DNA of 64,000 nucleotides from Escherichia phage EP75: sequence record MG748547; one strand, 5' to 3'. Shown piece by piece: positions 56,064 to 64,000 of this stretch (position 1 is its first letter; each line of letters starts with the position of its first letter). The notes under the pieces were generated by a model. It saw only the letters and a program-made list of their open reading frames with translations, ran no database searches and was not told where the DNA came from. The position numbers and the translations under genes were made by a program.

Positions 56064-57845
56064 ATGGCCACGCAAACAGTTCCTTCACTCGACGTCAGAG
56101 CATTTGAATACATTATTAAACAGCGAATGAAAGCTGATCCCACCTTTAAAGATTATGACTTTGAAGGTTCTGGTCTTAGTGCGATTATTCGTTTGTTGGC
56201 ATCTGACGCGAACGCCATAGCCTTTATGCAAAACATGCTTAATGGTGAAGGCCATTTGAAGACAGCAAATCAACGTTCAAACGTCGGTTTATCTGCTGCA
56301 TTTCTTTCCTACACGCCTGACAACTATCGGGCAGCATACATGTATGTCAACATCAAAGTTACGCCTTATGACGCCAGCACAGCCCCCAATGAGATCATCA
56401 TGGATCGGCGCGTAATGTTCGTTGGGGCAAAAGACGGCAGTTCCTACAACTTTACTGTTGAGAAACCAGTGTCAGCAACGTTGACTGCAGACGGTTATTA
56501 CATGTTCAACAATGTAAAGTTGGTACAGGGGAATTGGTTGTACAAGACATATGATGTTGAAGGAAGCGCGATTTCAACATATACGATTCCTTCTGGGAAT
56601 GTCGATATCAATCATATGGTCGTGCAAGTACAAGAATCAGAGTCTTCCGACGTTTCGACGACATATCAACGTTACAACAGTCCATTTGATCTGAGCCAAT
56701 ATGCTTACCTGTATTTCGTAGAATTGGGTATTGACGGTCTGTATGTGTTTGAATTCGGTGATGGTTATCTGTCTCGCCGAGTAGAAGACGGAAACGTTAT
56801 TTTCCTCCAGTATTTAGAAACTTCTGGTGCAGAAGGTAACGACATCACCAGCTTGTCTTCCGCGTCTTCGATAGGCGGGTTTAACCAGGTTGACGTGGAA
56901 TTGGTTTCTGAACGCAGCGCGGGCGGCGGGGATCCAGAATCTATTGAAGACATCAAACGTCTGGCTCCTTTAGCTTATCAGGCCGATGGCGCTGCCGTTA
57001 CGGAAACGGATTATGGTGTGTTGACAGAAAGGCTGTTCTCTAACGTTGCCCGTGCCAAATCTTATGGTGGTGACACGCTTTCTCCACCGGATTCCGGCTA
57101 CGTTTATATTGCTGTGATACCATCTGTTGGTGAGACTCTTTCAGACGCGGAGAAGGCTGATATCGTTGCTTCTTTGGACAAATATAATGTGGGGTCTATC
57201 ACTCCCAAAGTGGTGGACTCAGACATAACATATATCCAAGTTGCGACAACAATATTTTGGGATCCGACTTCGACAGTTTATGTTGAAGAACAGATGAAAG
57301 TCGTGGTTGGCAACAGTATTGTCAAATGGGGCGAAAACAATCTCGGCGGGTTTGATCAGTTGTTCGACAAAGAGATATTGCAGGAAGCAATTACGAAAAT
57401 GGAACGTTCCATTAACTCAAATATCACGTCTGTCGGTTATAAACGTCATTTCAAACCTGATTATGGTGTGTTGGATAGCTTTACTTTCAGTTATGGCAGA
57501 AGCATTAAACCTGGTTCTGTAAAAATAACAGGGTTTAAACCACTTCCGGCCGAAGTTGATTTCACTTATTACATGCGTGATGAAAATGGAAATTTGAACA
57601 TGTATAAGGTGAATAACAATGACACAACCAAAGAATTTTTGGTTCAGAAAACAGGCGTTGTGGATTACACCAACGGTGTCGTCGACCTTCAGCAGATTAC
57701 GGTTTCAAATTATAATCCTGAAGGGATAACGATTGTCGTGCTACCAGATGGACTGAATCAAAATATACAGGCTTCACAGAACCAAGTATTCAAAATTGGT
57801 GATGTGGTTGTTACGCCAGAGGTGCGCTATGTCCAAAGATCTTAA
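56064..57845 (+). CDS. baseplate wedge protein (T4 gp6-like, baseplate J family)
   Basis: ATG 56064 with GGAG ribosome-binding site; 'DYDFEGSGLSAIIRLLASDANAIAF' matches recalled gp6 'DYDFEGSRLNVLCDLLAYN'. Confidence 0.75.
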   Translation: MATQTVPSLDVRAFEYIIKQRMKADPTFKDYDFEGSGLSAIIRLLASDANAIAFMQNMLNGEGHLKTANQRSNVGLSAAFLSYTPDNYRAAYMYVNIKVTPYDASTAPNEIIMDRRVMFVGAKDGSSYNFTVEKPVSATLTADGYYMFNNVKLVQGNWLYKTYDVEGSAISTYTIPSGNVDINHMVVQVQESESSDVSTTYQRYNSPFDLSQYAYLYFVELGIDGLYVFEFGDGYLSRRVEDGNVIFLQYLETSGAEGNDITSLSSASSIGGFNQVDVELVSERSAGGGDPESIEDIKRLAPLAYQADGAAVTETDYGVLTERLFSNVARAKSYGGDTLSPPDSGYVYIAVIPSVGETLSDAEKADIVASLDKYNVGSITPKVVDSDITYIQVATTIFWDPTSTVYVEEQMKVVVGNSIVKWGENNLGGFDQLFDKEILQEAITKMERSINSNITSVGYKRHFKPDYGVLDSFTFSYGRSIKPGSVKITGFKPLPAEVDFTYYMRDENGNLNMYKVNNNDTTKEFLVQKTGVVDYTNGVVDLQQITVSNYNPEGITIVVLPDGLNQNIQASQNQVFKIGDVVVTPEVRYVQRS

Positions 57846-58683
57846 TAATGGACACAATGGGGTTAAGTATGAAACCCCATTGTTCTATCAGAACGATTTT
57901 CCTCTGTTCATAGAGTTCATGGACACGTTCTTTAATTGGCTGTATCGGCAGCAGGGCTTCACTCAAGAAGAAATTTTGGCATATCTGGCAGACACTTCGA
58001 GTTGGATGAACCCTGAAAGTGAAGATTCTCCTGTTAAACAACTCATAGATTTGAAGGCCGACAAAACGCCAGGCTCTGAAGCCAAAGATTATCTGTCAGA
58101 TAAATTTTTGGTCAGAACATTTGAGAACATGATGGCACTTGATGCTGAGACGTTGTTGGATGCTGATGGAAGACCATTATTTTCTATTGAAGATAAGAAT
58201 AAGCAGATAGACGACTGGTATAATGATTTTGGGTTTCAACGAACTGTCGATAAATCATTTCAAGAATTTGGACATTTTATCCCAGTCGGTTCGGATTCGT
58301 TGTTGACGGCCACGGGCGATACGTTCTCTGTCTATATTGAAGGAACTAACCGAAGAACTCTGGATCATCCGCGTTGGCTTAAATTGTTGAAGCACATCTA
58401 TAAAATACGTGGAACAAAGAAAGCGATTGAATTGTTCTTTTGGATATATTTCGGTTGTCCAGTCAGCGTCTATTTTACGAAAGAAGACATAGGCGGTCTG
58501 GACGGAAATTTTGAATGTGACGGCACGACAGGGATGCGTGATGATTACTATTATGATGAATACACTTATGTTATAGGAGTCCCAGGCGACGTATCTGATT
58601 TTGAAGGTGTGTTTGAACGCGTCTTCCGTCAGCATTTCCATCCTGCTGGATTTACTGTATTCCTAGAAAGCACAAGGAGCTAA
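57829..58683 (+). CDS. putative baseplate wedge/tail protein (284 aa)
   Basis: ATG 57829 overlaps gp6 3' end by 17 nt; position between gp6 and fibre genes. Confidence 0.4.
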   Translation: MSKDLNNGHNGVKYETPLFYQNDFPLFIEFMDTFFNWLYRQQGFTQEEILAYLADTSSWMNPESEDSPVKQLIDLKADKTPGSEAKDYLSDKFLVRTFENMMALDAETLLDADGRPLFSIEDKNKQIDDWYNDFGFQRTVDKSFQEFGHFIPVGSDSLLTATGDTFSVYIEGTNRRTLDHPRWLKLLKHIYKIRGTKKAIELFFWIYFGCPVSVYFTKEDIGGLDGNFECDGTTGMRDDYYYDEYTYVIGVPGDVSDFEGVFERVFRQHFHPAGFTVFLESTRS

Positions 58684-58685
58684 AA

Positions 58686-59876
58686 ATGGCCGATTTCCTG
58701 AGTCAATATACAGGTCAGCAGATAGATCAGATATTAGGTTCTGTTGATGACAAAGTAAGTAAAAACGACGTCATTGATGATTTTGAAGTCAGTGACCCAT
58801 TGTTTCCGCCTTCTGCTCGCCTGACTTATGAGTTGAAAAGGTCTGTGGATACGATTAATGACACCCTGACCAACAAAGTTATAAGAACGGATAGTGGTGA
58901 ACAGACAATCAACGGTAAGAAGACATTTAATGCGCTGTTGGTGACCAATGGGGGCATACAAGTCCCCGCTGGGAAATCTGTTTCAATCGCGGACGAACCA
59001 ACCAACTCAACAGACGGTGTCAACCTGAGTATGTTGAGGAAACATGGTGTCAGTGAAGACACTACCCCGCCTGGTTCTGGTTTGGCTGGGGAGTTGTTGA
59101 CATCCGGATATTACAAATTCAATTTGGATTTCACCAGATTGTCTGCGTATACCGGACCAACGTTGCCGACTTCAGTTCCTGTGCAGACAGATTCTGGAGC
59201 GCGTTATTGGACAATGACTGCATTTTTTGATGCGTTGTTTGCAGACAACCGATTTAATGGATATGTGACAACGACAGCGTATGACGCAGATATGCTGAGT
59301 CTAGAGTCTCAGATTAATAACATCAACACGTCGTTGAACGGGAAAGTCAACACCTCGACTTACAACACTAAGATGGCGTCGTTGGATTTGAGTATCTCCA
59401 ATATCAACACGTCTCTGGGTAATAAAGTCGAGGTCAGCACGTACAACACGAAGATGACATCTCTGGATAACAGCATCAGTTCTCTTTCCAGTGATAAAGT
59501 TAGTGTATCAACGTATAATGCCAAGATGACCTCTATCGACAACAGTTTGGGGAACGCCGTTTATCGTACCAAAACGAATTTGTCGTCATACACGGTTTCG
59601 GCTTCGGGAACGACGGCTCTTCCAGATTTTGATTTGGTGAACCTTTGTCAAATACTGGTAACTGCGCAATGGGGGACAGGTAACGTTGTTGACACATATC
59701 GAGTAACCATAACTCGTGACGGAACGATCAAATCAGAGTTGTTGGTTCAGAAAAGTACGAGCGGTACAGTGACGTTCACAGGGGCTGTGGTGGGTGGTAA
59801 ATTGAGAATTTCCGTTGTTAATGCAAATACAACAACCGCTTGTTCTGTCGATTATTCTATTACAGCTTCTTTCTAA
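58686..59876 (+). CDS. tail fibre protein with tandem 21-aa repeats
   Basis: AAGGAG ribosome-binding site; three consecutive 'STYNTKM(A/T)SLD.SIS' repeats; Ser/Thr-rich. Confidence 0.6.
   Translation: MADFLSQYTGQQIDQILGSVDDKVSKNDVIDDFEVSDPLFPPSARLTYELKRSVDTINDTLTNKVIRTDSGEQTINGKKTFNALLVTNGGIQVPAGKSVSIADEPTNSTDGVNLSMLRKHGVSEDTTPPGSGLAGELLTSGYYKFNLDFTRLSAYTGPTLPTSVPVQTDSGARYWTMTAFFDALFADNRFNGYVTTTAYDADMLSLESQINNINTSLNGKVNTSTYNTKMASLDLSISNINTSLGNKVEVSTYNTKMTSLDNSISSLSSDKVSVSTYNAKMTSIDNSLGNAVYRTKTNLSSYTVSASGTTALPDFDLVNLCQILVTAQWGTGNVVDTYRVTITRDGTIKSELLVQKSTSGTVTFTGAVVGGKLRISVVNANTTTACSVDYSITASF
59311..59545 (+). repeat. in-frame tandem repeats (about 63 bp x3) inside tail fibre gene
   Basis: Repeated ...STYNTKMxSLDxSISN... 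coding units. Confidence 0.6.
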
Positions 59877-59878
59877 AA

Positions 59879-59918
59879 CTAAATACCCCTAGATGACATG
59901 AATACATTTAGGGGTATT
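59879..59918 (+). promoter_or_regulatory. late-promoter-like motif inside hairpin that pairs with the ribosome-binding region
   Basis: CTAAATACCCCTA-N17-TAGGGGTATT, 5 nt before ATG 59923. Confidence 0.5.
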
Positions 59919-59922
59919 ACAA

Positions 59923-62900
59923 ATGGCCAACAAACCAACACAGCCTCTTTTCCCTTTGGGTTTAGAAACTTCTGAGTCTTCGAACATAAAAGGCTTCAAC
60001 AACTCCGGCACTATTGAGCATTCCCCTGGTGCCGTAATGACATTCCCTGAAGATACTGAAGTTGCAGGTCTTCCATCTTCTGTGCGTTACAATCCCGATA
60101 GCGATGAATTTGAAGGTTATTACGAAAACGGTGGTTGGTTGTCTTTGGGGGGCGGCGGAATACGCTGGGAAACGCTCCCTCACGCTCCCTCTAGCAATTT
60201 GTTAGAAGGTCGCGGCTATCTCATTAATAACACCACAGGGGCATCTACAGTGGTTCTCCCTTCCCCTACGCGTGTTGGGGATTCCGTTACTATTTGTGAT
60301 GCCTATGGGAAATTCGCGACGTATCCATTGACCGTATCTCCAGCGGGAAATAACCTGTATGGTTCCACTGAAGACATGGCTATAACAACTGATAACGTAT
60401 CAGCAACGTTCACTTGGTCTGGACCTGAACAAGGTTGGGTTATCACATCCGGCGTCGGCCTTGGCCAAGGCCGTGTCTACAGTCGTGAAATCTTTACACA
60501 AATTTTGGCGTCTGAAACAAGTGCTGTCACTCTCAATACTCCACCAACAATCGTGGACGTGTACGCTGACGGAAAACGTCTTGCGGAATCCAAATATTCA
60601 CTAGATGGGAATGTGATCACTTTCAGTCCTTCTTTGCCAGCCAGCACAGAACTTCAGGTGATTGAATATACTCCTATTCAATTGGGTAATGGCGGTGGTT
60701 CTGGTTCTTCTACGATTACCTGGGTCTATAATGGGGGTTCAGCGGTTGGCGGTGAAACCGAAATCACGTTAGACATCGTTGTCGATGATGTTCCAGCCAT
60801 TGATATAAACGGAAGTCGCCAGTATAAAAATCTGGGGTTCACATTCGATTCATTAACCAGTAAAATCACTCTTGCGCAAGAACTGGATGCAGAGGATGAA
60901 GTTGTTGTAATTATCAATGGAACGCCAAACATCTATAATCAAATTGATTATACTTTGCGGGAAGTGGCTCGTGTAACCAATGTTAAAGATACAGAGGTCA
61001 TTTATTTTAGTGTTGGTGCTGTGTTAAGTGGGTATAAAGTTATCTATGATAAAGTAACACAGAGATCATATTTTATTCCAGAGCTACCGACTGGAACCAC
61101 GGCAGTCAGCCTTAGTTCTTCGGCTGTACTTGTGCATTCAGCTGGTAGTGTTGATCTGGGCGCATTAGCTGTATCTCGCGAAGAGTATGTTACCTTGTCT
61201 GGGACATTTGATTCTGGTGCTGTCATCAATACTAAAAATGAATTACTCACCCATACGAACGGTAAGTATCGCTGGGATGGTTCACTTCCTAAAACTGTCG
61301 ATGCTGGATCAACACCTGAAACATCTGGTGGAGTTGGTATTGGTGAATGGGTAAGTGTTGGTGATGCTTCTTTAAGATCTGATTTGAATTCGACAAATGG
61401 AGCTGGAATTGTAAAAACTGGAAATGGGAATACTGTACAAGAAACATTTGATTTTATAAAAAATGTTCAACAAACAAATCTACATCCTTTTGTTCCTTCA
61501 GGCAATTTCGGTTCTGGACTTCCTTTTGATTCTTCGTTACAGGTATTCAAGTATAATGATGAATATTACTCATACAAAGGACCTATTGTCCCAGGTTCGA
61601 CAGTTCCGGCAACCCCATCCGTTGACTCAAACTGGAAAAAAGAACCTATTTCTGATTACATAGAAAATTACGGTGGTGGTGTGCATGTAGCTGATCAGAC
61701 ACCTGCAATTATGGCGGCTATATCTGCTGGTGTTCGCCGTATCATATTTCCTAAAGGTGAACTTAGAATGTCTCAGTGTGATATCCCAGAGTACACACAA
61801 GGCCTCACGTTTGAAGGGCAAGGTGCCAATCAGGCGTACACTGGAACAACAGTGATCAAACCGTTAAATGATAATCAAAATTGTTTATTTAATTCTGGCG
61901 TAAACCAGCACGGACAGGATTCTATAAAATTTAAAAACATTCAATTTGACGGAGAATGGCGTTGCAATCATGCAATATTGCATGAGTCTGGAGCTGGTTG
62001 GTACTATGAAAAACTGACAGGTAAAAATTTCAATACATGGGTTATCTACGATGATCAGGGTTTGACTGTAATGCGTGACGTTTATACCGAAGCAACCAGT
62101 TCAGATCTGACGAAAAGAGCTACAGGTGGGTGTATCCGTATATACTCAGATTCTGTAATGGACACCGTAAACTGTTATGGTGGAAGTGTTCCGCTATTGC
62201 TCGCTGCTGGTGGAAACCGAATTACGAATATCTGGGCAAATGGTGGGTATGATGTTGGCGCAATAATGTTGATGCCAAAAAATGACAGTACTAACCATAT
62301 CAATACCGCTATGAGCAATATCTATATCGGAGAAAGCACAAATACATCTGCAACTGCAATTCCAGTTCTTCACATACAAGGTAACTCAATTCGTCGCGTA
62401 TCTGGTGTTCAGATTTCAAATGCACATTTTGTGCATGCTGACTTGACTCTCAATACAAACATGGTGATGATACGAACCGATAAAGTTGATGGTTTTGTGA
62501 TGTCATCTTTTGATGTTCTTGGACGAGGCGAGTACAGTTCTGCAAGCAGTCGCACATATAATTTCTTAAATGCGACAGATTCTACCGGAATGGCTTTTTC
62601 TGCCGGAAGTGTAAGAGGTATTAATAATAACCCAATAGTTTTATCATCAGGGTCTAGGTTAGCTATTGATGCCGTTGAATTCGATGGGTGGAGTACGAAC
62701 TCTGATTCAGGTATAGAGAATAAAGCTGCTATACGTTCATCTGGTGCTGGAACAAGGTGCTGCATTGGTAGCTCATGTACTTTCAATGCTTCGCAAGCGG
62801 ATGCTTACGCTGTGTATGCAGGGGATGAATTTGCAGTTGATATTTCTATTCTTAATCTTAACTATCCTAGTAGCAATATAATAATTCCTGCAAATACAAA

Positions 62901-62964
62901 TTACAGTTACATGTATAAGCGACCAGGCGGAAAATTAACCTTAGTCAACACATTGACAATTTGA
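59923..62964 (+). CDS. tailspike protein 1 (gp10-like N-terminal attachment domain, C-terminal beta-helix-like domain)
   Basis: 1013 aa; N-terminal resemblance to baseplate-attachment domains is by-eye; internal module shared with downstream tailspike; C-terminal Asn/Gly/Ser-rich repeats typical of parallel beta-helix. Confidence 0.65.
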   Translation: MANKPTQPLFPLGLETSESSNIKGFNNSGTIEHSPGAVMTFPEDTEVAGLPSSVRYNPDSDEFEGYYENGGWLSLGGGGIRWETLPHAPSSNLLEGRGYLINNTTGASTVVLPSPTRVGDSVTICDAYGKFATYPLTVSPAGNNLYGSTEDMAITTDNVSATFTWSGPEQGWVITSGVGLGQGRVYSREIFTQILASETSAVTLNTPPTIVDVYADGKRLAESKYSLDGNVITFSPSLPASTELQVIEYTPIQLGNGGGSGSSTITWVYNGGSAVGGETEITLDIVVDDVPAIDINGSRQYKNLGFTFDSLTSKITLAQELDAEDEVVVIINGTPNIYNQIDYTLREVARVTNVKDTEVIYFSVGAVLSGYKVIYDKVTQRSYFIPELPTGTTAVSLSSSAVLVHSAGSVDLGALAVSREEYVTLSGTFDSGAVINTKNELLTHTNGKYRWDGSLPKTVDAGSTPETSGGVGIGEWVSVGDASLRSDLNSTNGAGIVKTGNGNTVQETFDFIKNVQQTNLHPFVPSGNFGSGLPFDSSLQVFKYNDEYYSYKGPIVPGSTVPATPSVDSNWKKEPISDYIENYGGGVHVADQTPAIMAAISAGVRRIIFPKGELRMSQCDIPEYTQGLTFEGQGANQAYTGTTVIKPLNDNQNCLFNSGVNQHGQDSIKFKNIQFDGEWRCNHAILHESGAGWYYEKLTGKNFNTWVIYDDQGLTVMRDVYTEATSSDLTKRATGGCIRIYSDSVMDTVNCYGGSVPLLLAAGGNRITNIWANGGYDVGAIMLMPKNDSTNHINTAMSNIYIGESTNTSATAIPVLHIQGNSIRRVSGVQISNAHFVHADLTLNTNMVMIRTDKVDGFVMSSFDVLGRGEYSSASSRTYNFLNATDSTGMAFSAGSVRGINNNPIVLSSGSRLAIDAVEFDGWSTNSDSGIENKAAIRSSGAGTRCCIGSSCTFNASQADAYAVYAGDEFAVDISILNLNYPSSNIIIPANTNYSYMYKRPGGKLTLVNTLTI

Positions 62965-63003
62965 TAACAAGAACCCATGATTCATAAATTTTATTAGTTC
63001 AGA

Positions 63004-63040
63004 CTAAATACCCCATATTGGTCATCCTTTATGGGGTATT
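63004..63040 (+). promoter_or_regulatory. late-promoter-like motif inside hairpin that pairs with the ribosome-binding region
   Basis: CTAAATACCCCAT-N16-ATGGGGTATT, 3 nt before ATG 63044. Confidence 0.5.
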
Positions 63041-63043
63041 ATC

Positions 63044-64000
63044 ATGATTTCTCAATTCAATCAACCACGCGGCTCCACTTCTATAGAAGTTAACAAACAA
63101 TCTATCGCTCGAAATTTCGGTGTCAAAGAAGACGAAGTCATTTATTTCACTGCTGGTATTGATCTCAGTGGATTTAAAGTAATTTATGATGAGTCTACCC
63201 AACGGGCTTATTCTCTTCCTTCAGGTATTGTTTCAGGAACGACTGCGATAAGTCTGAACGAACAAGCCATCCTTACTCATTCTTCTGGCTCTGTTGACCT
63301 TGGGGAATTAGCAGTAAGTCGCGAAGAATATGTGACTTTACCTGGTTCTTTTAATTTCGGCCATACCATTAATGTGAAAAATGAACTTCTTGTTCACGAT
63401 GATAAAAAATATCGATGGGATGGTTCACTTCCTAAAACTGTCGATGCTGGCTCAACACCTGAAACATCTGGTGGCGTTGGTTTAGGTGCATGGTTGAGTG
63501 TTGGTGACGCAGCATTTAGACAGGAAGCCAACAAAAAATTCAAATATTCAGTAAAGTTATCTGATTATTCTACATTACAGGATGCAGCGACAGCAGCCGT
63601 AGATGGATTGCTTATTGATATCAATTACAACTTCACAGATGGTGAGTCTGTAGATTTTGGTGGTAAGACTTTAACCATTAACTGTAAGGCTAAGTTTATT
63701 GGAGATGGGGCTTTAATCTTTAATAATATGGGGCCAGGCTCGGTAATTAATCAACCATTCATGGAGAGCAAGACTACTCCATGGGTCATTTTCCCGTGGG
63801 ATGCTGATGGTAAATGGATTACAGATGCTGCCCTTGTTGCTGCAACGCTGAAGCAATCAAAGATTGAAGGCTATCAACCTGGGGTAAATGACTGGGTTAA
63901 ATTCCCTGGATTAGAGGCATTACTCCCACAGAACGTTAAAGACCAACATATTACAGCCACTCTAGATATTCGCAGTGCCAGCCGAGTAGAAATAAGAAAT
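63044..64000 (+). CDS. tailspike protein 2, 3' partial (runs off window end)
   Basis: Open frame from ATG 63044 to window end; N-terminal 130 aa homologous to residues about 355-485 of tailspike 1. Confidence 0.65.
   Translation, partial: MISQFNQPRGSTSIEVNKQSIARNFGVKEDEVIYFTAGIDLSGFKVIYDESTQRAYSLPSGIVSGTTAISLNEQAILTHSSGSVDLGELAVSREEYVTLPGSFNFGHTINVKNELLVHDDKKYRWDGSLPKTVDAGSTPETSGGVGLGAWLSVGDAAFRQEANKKFKYSVKLSDYSTLQDAATAAVDGLLIDINYNFTDGESVDFGGKTLTINCKAKFIGDGALIFNNMGPGSVINQPFMESKTTPWVIFPWDADGKWITDAALVAATLKQSKIEGYQPGVNDWVKFPGLEALLPQNVKDQHITATLDIRSASRVEIRN

Noticed and set aside
59311-59545. Tandem repeats considered as a CRISPR-like or non-coding array
   Set aside because: Repeats are in-frame coding units of the tail fibre gene with no spacer-repeat architecture; no CRISPR array seen anywhere in the window.

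Overview
This window reads as a gene-dense segment of a lytic, T4-related myovirus genome. Recognisable core genes are a gp41-like helicase (5' partial), gp59-like helicase loader, ATP-dependent DNA ligase, B-family DNA polymerase, both topoisomerase II subunits (large subunit as one fused ORF), rIIA and rIIB-like, dCMP deaminase, gp4-like head completion protein, a baseplate block (tape-measure-like, gp27-like hub, gp6 wedge), a repeat-containing tail fibre and two tailspikes sharing an internal module (the second runs off the 3' end). A roughly 3.6 kb ORF-poor stretch (51.5-55.1 kb) carries three clear minus-strand tRNAs (Tyr-GTA, Asn-GTT, Met/Ile-CAT) plus tRNA-like T-arm motifs and long perfect inverted repeats that do not fold as canonical tRNAs. 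Transcription is in blocks: mostly minus from 6.4 to 45.4 kb, plus 45.4-47.5 kb, minus 47.5-55.7 kb, plus from 56 kb. The most interesting content is accessory: three separate ADP-ribosylation-related genes (a late-expressed minimal H-Y-E ART-like protein, a macro domain protein, a NADAR-like protein); a fold-type II PLP enzyme, P-loop kinase, HAD phosphatase, MazG-like NTP-PPase and dCMP deaminase that together fit a thymidine hypermodification pathway (the multi-tailspike architecture recalls Ackermannviridae, but that is inference); an orphan QueC-like PP-loop ATPase; a C39-like peptidase wedged between the topoisomerase subunits; a LemA plus Cys-rich membrane protein pair; and a recurring (C)TAAATA late-promoter-like motif built into hairpins that pair with the G-rich ribosome-binding region. 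All calls rest on motif recognition by eye and recalled T4 sequences; no search or folding was run.
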